Positions 59,212 through 64,000 of a stretch of DNA of 64,000 bases are shown here, one piece after another. The position numbers were made by a program, and so were the translations under genes. The notes beneath the pieces are model-generated. The model was given only the letters and a program-made list of their open reading frames with translations, had not been told where the DNA came from and did not search any database. The stretch's first letter is position 1, and each line of letters starts with the position of its first letter. This DNA is from Candidatus Bathyarchaeota archaeon (lineage in GTDB: Archaea; Thermoproteota; Bathyarchaeia; Bathyarchaeales; Bathycorpusculaceae), in assembly GCA_963772455.1 (NCBI GenBank), contig CAVYXJ010000007.1:320001-384000 (forward strand). Direction: 5' to 3'.

Positions 59212-60406
59212 ATTAAGCGTTATGATGCTTAGCTGGGAGTATCCGCCAAGAGTCATTGGAGGCATATCACCACACATTTACTTCTTATCGAAAAACTTGG
59301 TCAAACAAGATGTGAATGTATATGTTATCACCTGCGACTTCCCAGGGGCACCCTCTCACGAAGTAATTGACGGGGTTGAAATTTACAGAATAGATTCCTA
59401 CAAGAACCCATCTCCTGACTTTGCCACATGGGTTTACTTAATGAACATGAACATGCAAAAAGAAACAGCTGCATTAACACGAAAAATTGCTGACAAAATC
59501 GATGTTTTCCACGCTCACGATTGGCTGGTAGCAAATGCAGGCATAGGCTTGAAACATGTTTTTAGAAAACCCCTTTTGGTCACTATGCATTCTACCGAGA
59601 TGGGAAGAAGGGATGGTTTACATAATACAACTGAAAAAATGATTCATGAAACTGAAGCATGGCTGACTTATGAGGCTTGGAAGGTTATTTGCTGTAGCGA
59701 TTATATGATTTCGCATGTGAAATACGCTTTTGGGTTGCCACCGGACAAATTAGTTATGGTTCCAAATGGGGTAAACACTTATTCCTACGAAAACGTTAAT
59801 GTAGATTACAAGAGTTTCCGAAGCAAGTTTGCTTTGCCAGAAGAAAAAATAGTCCTATTTGTAGGGCGACTTGTTTACGAGAAAGGTATCCACGTTTTGA
59901 TTAACGCCGTGCCAAAAATCCTCAGTAAAGTTAACGCTAAATTCATAATCGTTGGCAGCGGTTACATGAAAGAACAGCTTTTAAACATCGTTCGCAGCAT
60001 GGGCTTGGAGCATAAAGTGCTATTTGAAGGATTCATGGATGAGGCAACCCTTCTACAATTGCAAAAATCTGCAGATGTATCCGTTGTGCCGTCGCTCTTT
60101 GAACCCTTTGGAATCGTTGCTTTGGAAGCTATGGCAGCTCAAAGTCCCGTGGTTGCATCTGACACTGGCGGCTTATCAGAAATAATCGAACATGATGTTA
60201 CCGGCGTTAAGGTTTACCCAAATAACCCTGATTCATTGGCTTGGGGCATAACAAAGGTCTTGTTAGACGAACACTACGCTAAAAACCTCAGAGATAACGC
60301 TTACAAGCGAGTCCAAGAAAAATATGATTGGGAAAAGATTGCACAACAAACCAAACGCATCTATGAAGGTGTGTTGGGCGAGTACTCAAAGAGCTTCTGG
60401 GCTTAA
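59201..60406 (+). CDS. GT4 glycosyltransferase (glycogen synthase-like)
   Basis: SWEYPP..GG, HAHDW, HSTE.GR, VGRLVYEKG, PSLFEPFGIVALEAM. Confidence 0.9.
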   Translation: MKDKLSVMMLSWEYPPRVIGGISPHIYFLSKNLVKQDVNVYVITCDFPGAPSHEVIDGVEIYRIDSYKNPSPDFATWVYLMNMNMQKETAALTRKIADKIDVFHAHDWLVANAGIGLKHVFRKPLLVTMHSTEMGRRDGLHNTTEKMIHETEAWLTYEAWKVICCSDYMISHVKYAFGLPPDKLVMVPNGVNTYSYENVNVDYKSFRSKFALPEEKIVLFVGRLVYEKGIHVLINAVPKILSKVNAKFIIVGSGYMKEQLLNIVRSMGLEHKVLFEGFMDEATLLQLQKSADVSVVPSLFEPFGIVALEAMAAQSPVVASDTGGLSEIIEHDVTGVKVYPNNPDSLAWGITKVLLDEHYAKNLRDNAYKRVQEKYDWEKIAQQTKRIYEGVLGEYSKSFWA

Positions 60407-60422
60407 ATAAACCAAGAGATAG

Positions 60423-61781
60423 CTATTGGGCAATTACCTTAACATTTTCCACCTGAATCCAAGGTGAAATTAACTGTCCCATTTGACGCTCATTTCCTCC
60501 AACTACGCTGATATTCTTTAGCAGTTCAAAGATGTTTCCAGCCAACATAACACCTCTAGAACAATGTGTTATTTTTCCGTCTTTTATTTTCCAAGCAGGA
60601 GTTGCAACAACTGAGAATTCGCCACTGACAGGGTTGCTGCTGTGTGCGCCTTGTAAGTAATAGACAATTAATCCGTCTTCTACTTCGTTTAACATTTCAT
60701 CCGAGGTTTTGCTTCCGGGCATTATGTGAAAGTTTGTGGTGTCTATACCTGGAGTTGAGAGGTAACCAGCTCTTGAAGCGTTACCCGTACTTTTTTTGCC
60801 GTCCTTCTTGGCTGAATAATGGTCATACAAAAAGTTGCGCAGGATACCTTTTTCAATGACAGCAGTTTTCTGGTGTGGAACACCTTCTCCGTCAAAAGCC
60901 CAAGTGCGCAATCCGCCAGCAAACAATCCATCATCGTAAATCGTTAGGTTTTCAGAAGCTACTTTTTCCCCGATTTTATCCTTAAATGGCGATTGCCCCC
61001 GTTGAACACTATCTGCTCTAATGGCATTGATCAATGTATAAGCCAAAAGCTCTTGTAAAGCAAACTGGGTTAGAATTACTTTACCTGATTTGGTTTCAAC
61101 TGACTTTGTTTTAAGTGCTGAAACCGCAAGTTTTGCAGCTTCTTTTCCAACCCAAGATGGATCAAGGTTATAATTTCTGGCGGCGTTGAACTCGAAGCAA
61201 ACTGGAGTAACTGAACTGCCTTCTTTCGCTAGTGTTGCTAAGCTACATTCGATTATTGTTCCTCTATCAAATCCCGTTAGACCGTTTGAATTGGCGAGGG
61301 CGTTAGAAAGGTAAGCGCTACCTATTCCGCCTTCGATTGGAAAAATTCGTTTGTCTACTTGTCCAGCTGAATCCAGCATGGTTGAAGCTACATTAACTAG
61401 CTCTTCTGAGCTGAGTTCAACGATTTTTTTGTCAAAAGTATTTTCGGTTATTGGATAATGTTGTTTTTGGGGTAGTCCATTCCAGTCTGGGTCTGGTTTG
61501 CTTGCTCTTGCCGCACTTAATGCACTGGTAACAGCTTTCTCAATAGCGTTTGGATCTTCTAAGATGTTGGTGTAGGCAAACCCTATTGCTTTGTTGGCGG
61601 CTACTCTTATTCCTAAGCCTCGATCAATAATTCGATTGGTTTTGCTGATTTGCCCCAGTTCTATACCTATGTTTGATGCTTGTCCTTCGTATACGTAGGC
61701 TTCCGCATCTTGGGCACCTTTAATGAGAGCTGCCTTAACCGCGTTCTCGGCTATACTAATCATTGTGTTCTTTTCAAGCAC
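60423..61781 (-). CDS. pmbA: PmbA/TldE-family protein (start uncertain, 61763-61802)
   Basis: [19 protein letters not shown]; no HExxxH motif. Confidence 0.88.
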   Translation of the reverse strand: MLEKNTMISIAENAVKAALIKGAQDAEAYVYEGQASNIGIELGQISKTNRIIDRGLGIRVAANKAIGFAYTNILEDPNAIEKAVTSALSAARASKPDPDWNGLPQKQHYPITENTFDKKIVELSSEELVNVASTMLDSAGQVDKRIFPIEGGIGSAYLSNALANSNGLTGFDRGTIIECSLATLAKEGSSVTPVCFEFNAARNYNLDPSWVGKEAAKLAVSALKTKSVETKSGKVILTQFALQELLAYTLINAIRADSVQRGQSPFKDKIGEKVASENLTIYDDGLFAGGLRTWAFDGEGVPHQKTAVIEKGILRNFLYDHYSAKKDGKKSTGNASRAGYLSTPGIDTTNFHIMPGSKTSDEMLNEVEDGLIVYYLQGAHSSNPVSGEFSVVATPAWKIKDGKITHCSRGVMLAGNIFELLKNISVVGGNERQMGQLISPWIQVENVKVIAQ

Positions 61782-63159
61782 TGCCACCGACAACCACCTC
61801 ACTTAGTTTAATGTGCGGGCCACCATCGCTAATAAAAGCTGTTTGACCCTTTCCACATCGACCGGGATCTAACATGAAATCTTTTCCCACGCCTTCCACC
61901 TTATGCAATGTTTCCAGTGTGTTGCCGCTTATTGAAGCGTTGCGAACAGGTGCACCTATTTCACCTTTTACAATTTCATAGCCTTCTTGGATGCCGACCT
62001 GGAAGGTGCCATCAAGATTCGCTTGTCCCCCTCTAAAACTCTTAAAGTAATAACCCAATTTTACATCTTGAATTAATTCTTCGAAAGATTTGTCTTTTGG
62101 CGCCATATAGGTGCAGCGCATACGGATGATTGGTTCCACGCGAAAGTCTTCTGCACGTGCGTTTCCAGTGGGTTCAGTGTTGAATTTCTGTGCTGTCTCA
62201 CGATTATGCATCAAGCCCGTTACGACACCGTCTTTGATGAGCAGTGTTTTGTGAGATGGAACACCCTCGTCGTCGTATTTGAATGCACCAAAAGCACCTT
62301 CAATCGTGCCATCATCGTAGAAAGTTACCAAATCAGAGCCAATTTTTTTCCCAAGATTACTGGCTAAAACGCCACCTGAAAGAGCTAAATCCGCCTCAGC
62401 TAAATGCCCAAATGCTTCATGCACAAATACCCCGACCACGTTAGGACCCAAAACTACTGGGAACTTTCCTCCTTTTGGAGATTTAGCTTTCAACTGTTCG
62501 ATTGCAAGTTTTGCAACTTTTGTACCCAAAACTTCAGGATCTTGTTGGTCGAACAATTCATAACCATTTGTGGAGCCGATTTCTTCGCGACCAAAGGTGA
62601 AGACGCCCTCACTCATTGCTGAAGCGGTTATTCTTGCCCAAACATACAGTTTATCCTGCTCAATACTTGTTCCTTCACTATTAACAAAATTACTAGTTCC
62701 CGTCAAATCGAAATAATCCACGGTGCAACTTTTAATTCGCTTGTCTAGACCCAAACTTGCCTTGTTCACCGCGAGAGTAGTTTTTATTTTGTCTTCCATT
62801 TGAATGTCTGCTGGATTCTTCTTTGGTTTAGATAAAACTCTATCAGAAACAACTTTTGTAACTGCGAGTTTAATTGGCGTTTTTAACCGAGCGCTTGCCA
62901 ATTTGGCCATTCTGCAAGCATCAGAAACAGCACTCTCCAAAATTGCGTTATCAAATGATCCTACTGAAGCAAATCCCCAAGCACCATTTACTAGAACGCG
63001 GACGGCAACGCCATTTTCGATTCCCTGTTTTGCTGCTTCTACTCGTTCCTCTTTTAGGGTGAGACTGGTTTTGTACAGTTTTTGGGCGCGTGCTTCAGCG
63101 TATTTGGCTCCATATTTTTGGATAGCACTATTGTTGATTTTTGTTAGAAGGTCTTTCAA
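61774..63159 (-). CDS. tldD: TldD metalloprotease
   Basis: [23 protein letters not shown]-terminal GRCGKGQ...DGGPH. Confidence 0.92.
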   Translation of the reverse strand: MKDLLTKINNSAIQKYGAKYAEARAQKLYKTSLTLKEERVEAAKQGIENGVAVRVLVNGAWGFASVGSFDNAILESAVSDACRMAKLASARLKTPIKLAVTKVVSDRVLSKPKKNPADIQMEDKIKTTLAVNKASLGLDKRIKSCTVDYFDLTGTSNFVNSEGTSIEQDKLYVWARITASAMSEGVFTFGREEIGSTNGYELFDQQDPEVLGTKVAKLAIEQLKAKSPKGGKFPVVLGPNVVGVFVHEAFGHLAEADLALSGGVLASNLGKKIGSDLVTFYDDGTIEGAFGAFKYDDEGVPSHKTLLIKDGVVTGLMHNRETAQKFNTEPTGNARAEDFRVEPIIRMRCTYMAPKDKSFEELIQDVKLGYYFKSFRGGQANLDGTFQVGIQEGYEIVKGEIGAPVRNASISGNTLETLHKVEGVGKDFMLDPGRCGKGQTAFISDGGPHIKLSEVVVGGSA

Positions 63160-63227
63160 TGTGATCGTTCCCTATTTAGTTAAAATTGTTTGGAGAATTA
63201 AATTGTTTGGTCTTGTTTTAATAATGT

Positions 63228-64000
63228 TCACCAAAAATCAGTCATGCTCTTCTGTTTAATAATAGGCTGAATCAGTTTAGGTTTAAGTCTAACTTTTGGG
63301 ATCGAATCAATTCCTAAAACCAGTTGACCATAAACTCCATCGTATCCAGGAGTGACTTTGGCTGAACCGTTTCTAACCTTGACTATAGCATGCGCAATCT
63401 GTTCACCAACTAATTCGATCAGTGCTTTTATAGGTGCATCTATTAGAACTGAATATTCATTGCCGAATTTTTCCGTTAGCAAATTGTAGTTTTTCCAAAC
63501 TGCTTGTGTCGAAGGCGAATCAGACCCAAGTACAGTCGCTATGATTTCAGAGAGCGGAAGCAAATGTAAAAAACTTGGAGCATTTTCACGCTTAAAATCT
63601 GCAGGTCTATCGGCAAGTTCCTCAACTCGTTGTTCTACACCCTTTGTGAGTGGTTTGTGACAGACTGGGCAGATGTTGCCGAATTTTTTAGCTTCAGTTG
63701 ATGAGAGGGATACTCTACAGTTGCGGTGTCCGGTCCAATGGTACTTGCCGTATGCAGGGTCAGTTTCAATGGTATACTTGAAATGTGAAGAATTATTTGC
63801 AATAATTGCTTCTGTGATTTCTTTGTAGGTAAATTTTTCGAGCTCGAAAACGTTGGCTTCTCTTCCTATACGCCAAGGCCAGAAGCTATGGCAATCACTA
63901 TTTGATACAAGAGCATATTTGTCAAGTTTGCTAAGTCGCCAGTTCATTGCTGGATCTGATGACATCCCAGTTTCCAAAGCATGAATGTGTTTTGTCATAT
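63228..64000 (-). CDS. Endonuclease Q family (PHP) protein, 5' part outside the window
   Basis: ETGMSSD, SNSDCHS.WP.RIGRE, GKYHWTGHRNC, CPVC..PLTKGV, PGYDGVYG, C-terminal PIP box QKSMTDFW. Confidence 0.88.
   Translation of the reverse strand, partial: MTKHIHALETGMSSDPAMNWRLSKLDKYALVSNSDCHSFWPWRIGREANVFELEKFTYKEITEAIIANNSSHFKYTIETDPAYGKYHWTGHRNCRVSLSSTEAKKFGNICPVCHKPLTKGVEQRVEELADRPADFKRENAPSFLHLLPLSEIIATVLGSDSPSTQAVWKNYNLLTEKFGNEYSVLIDAPIKALIELVGEQIAHAIVKVRNGSAKVTPGYDGVYGQLVLGIDSIPKVRLKPKLIQPIIKQKSMTDFW

Noticed and set aside
60423-63159. TldD/PmbA as part of a RiPP cluster
   Set aside because: No precursor peptide, YcaO or radical SAM gene is adjacent; the pair is common in archaea.
244-63259. 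Numerous antisense or overlapping ORFs in the track (e.g. 41766-42167, 42742-43230, 48004-48423, 62804-63259)
   Set aside because: They are shadow frames of well-supported genes and show no motifs.
1-64000. CRISPR array, IS element, integrase or provirus
   Set aside because: No regularly spaced repeats and no transposase, recombinase or virion protein motifs recognised by eye.

Overview
This is a gene-dense, fairly AT-rich archaeal chromosomal segment, most likely from Bathyarchaeia or a related TACK lineage. That assignment is inferred from a TFE-beta/RPC34 homologue, arcadin-1, archaeal ProS/FEN1/Cdc48, a large beta-propeller surface protein and a bacterial-type Mtd. Most genes are housekeeping: KEOPS (kae1, bud32, pcc1), rps15, a RecJ-like DHH nuclease, rlmE, truD, trm5, pth2, EF-1beta, cdc48, a proteasome beta subunit, fen, glmS, nadC/nadM, rtcA/rtcB/archease, proS, adk, tldD/pmbA, EndoQ and one tRNA-Gly(TCC). 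Less usual elements are a tandem (ferredoxin-MvhD)x2 protein coupled to an NfnA/SudB-like gene that seems to start at ACG, a rubredoxin-pyruvate oxidase-like fusion, an NAD(P)-dependent methylene-H4MPT dehydrogenase beside a FOR-type tungsten enzyme, a putative glmS regulator, an orphan arcadin-1, a Cys8 zinc finger-DUF7662-like fusion after rtcB, a cyclophilin pair beside a beta-propeller surface protein with a decayed paralogue remnant, and an alpha-glucan locus containing a half glycosyltransferase. Thirteen frameshifts in 11 genes can all be repaired by deleting one base, which points to insertion-biased sequencing error. No CRISPR array, transposase or integrase was seen. Family calls come from motif recognition by eye, not database searches.
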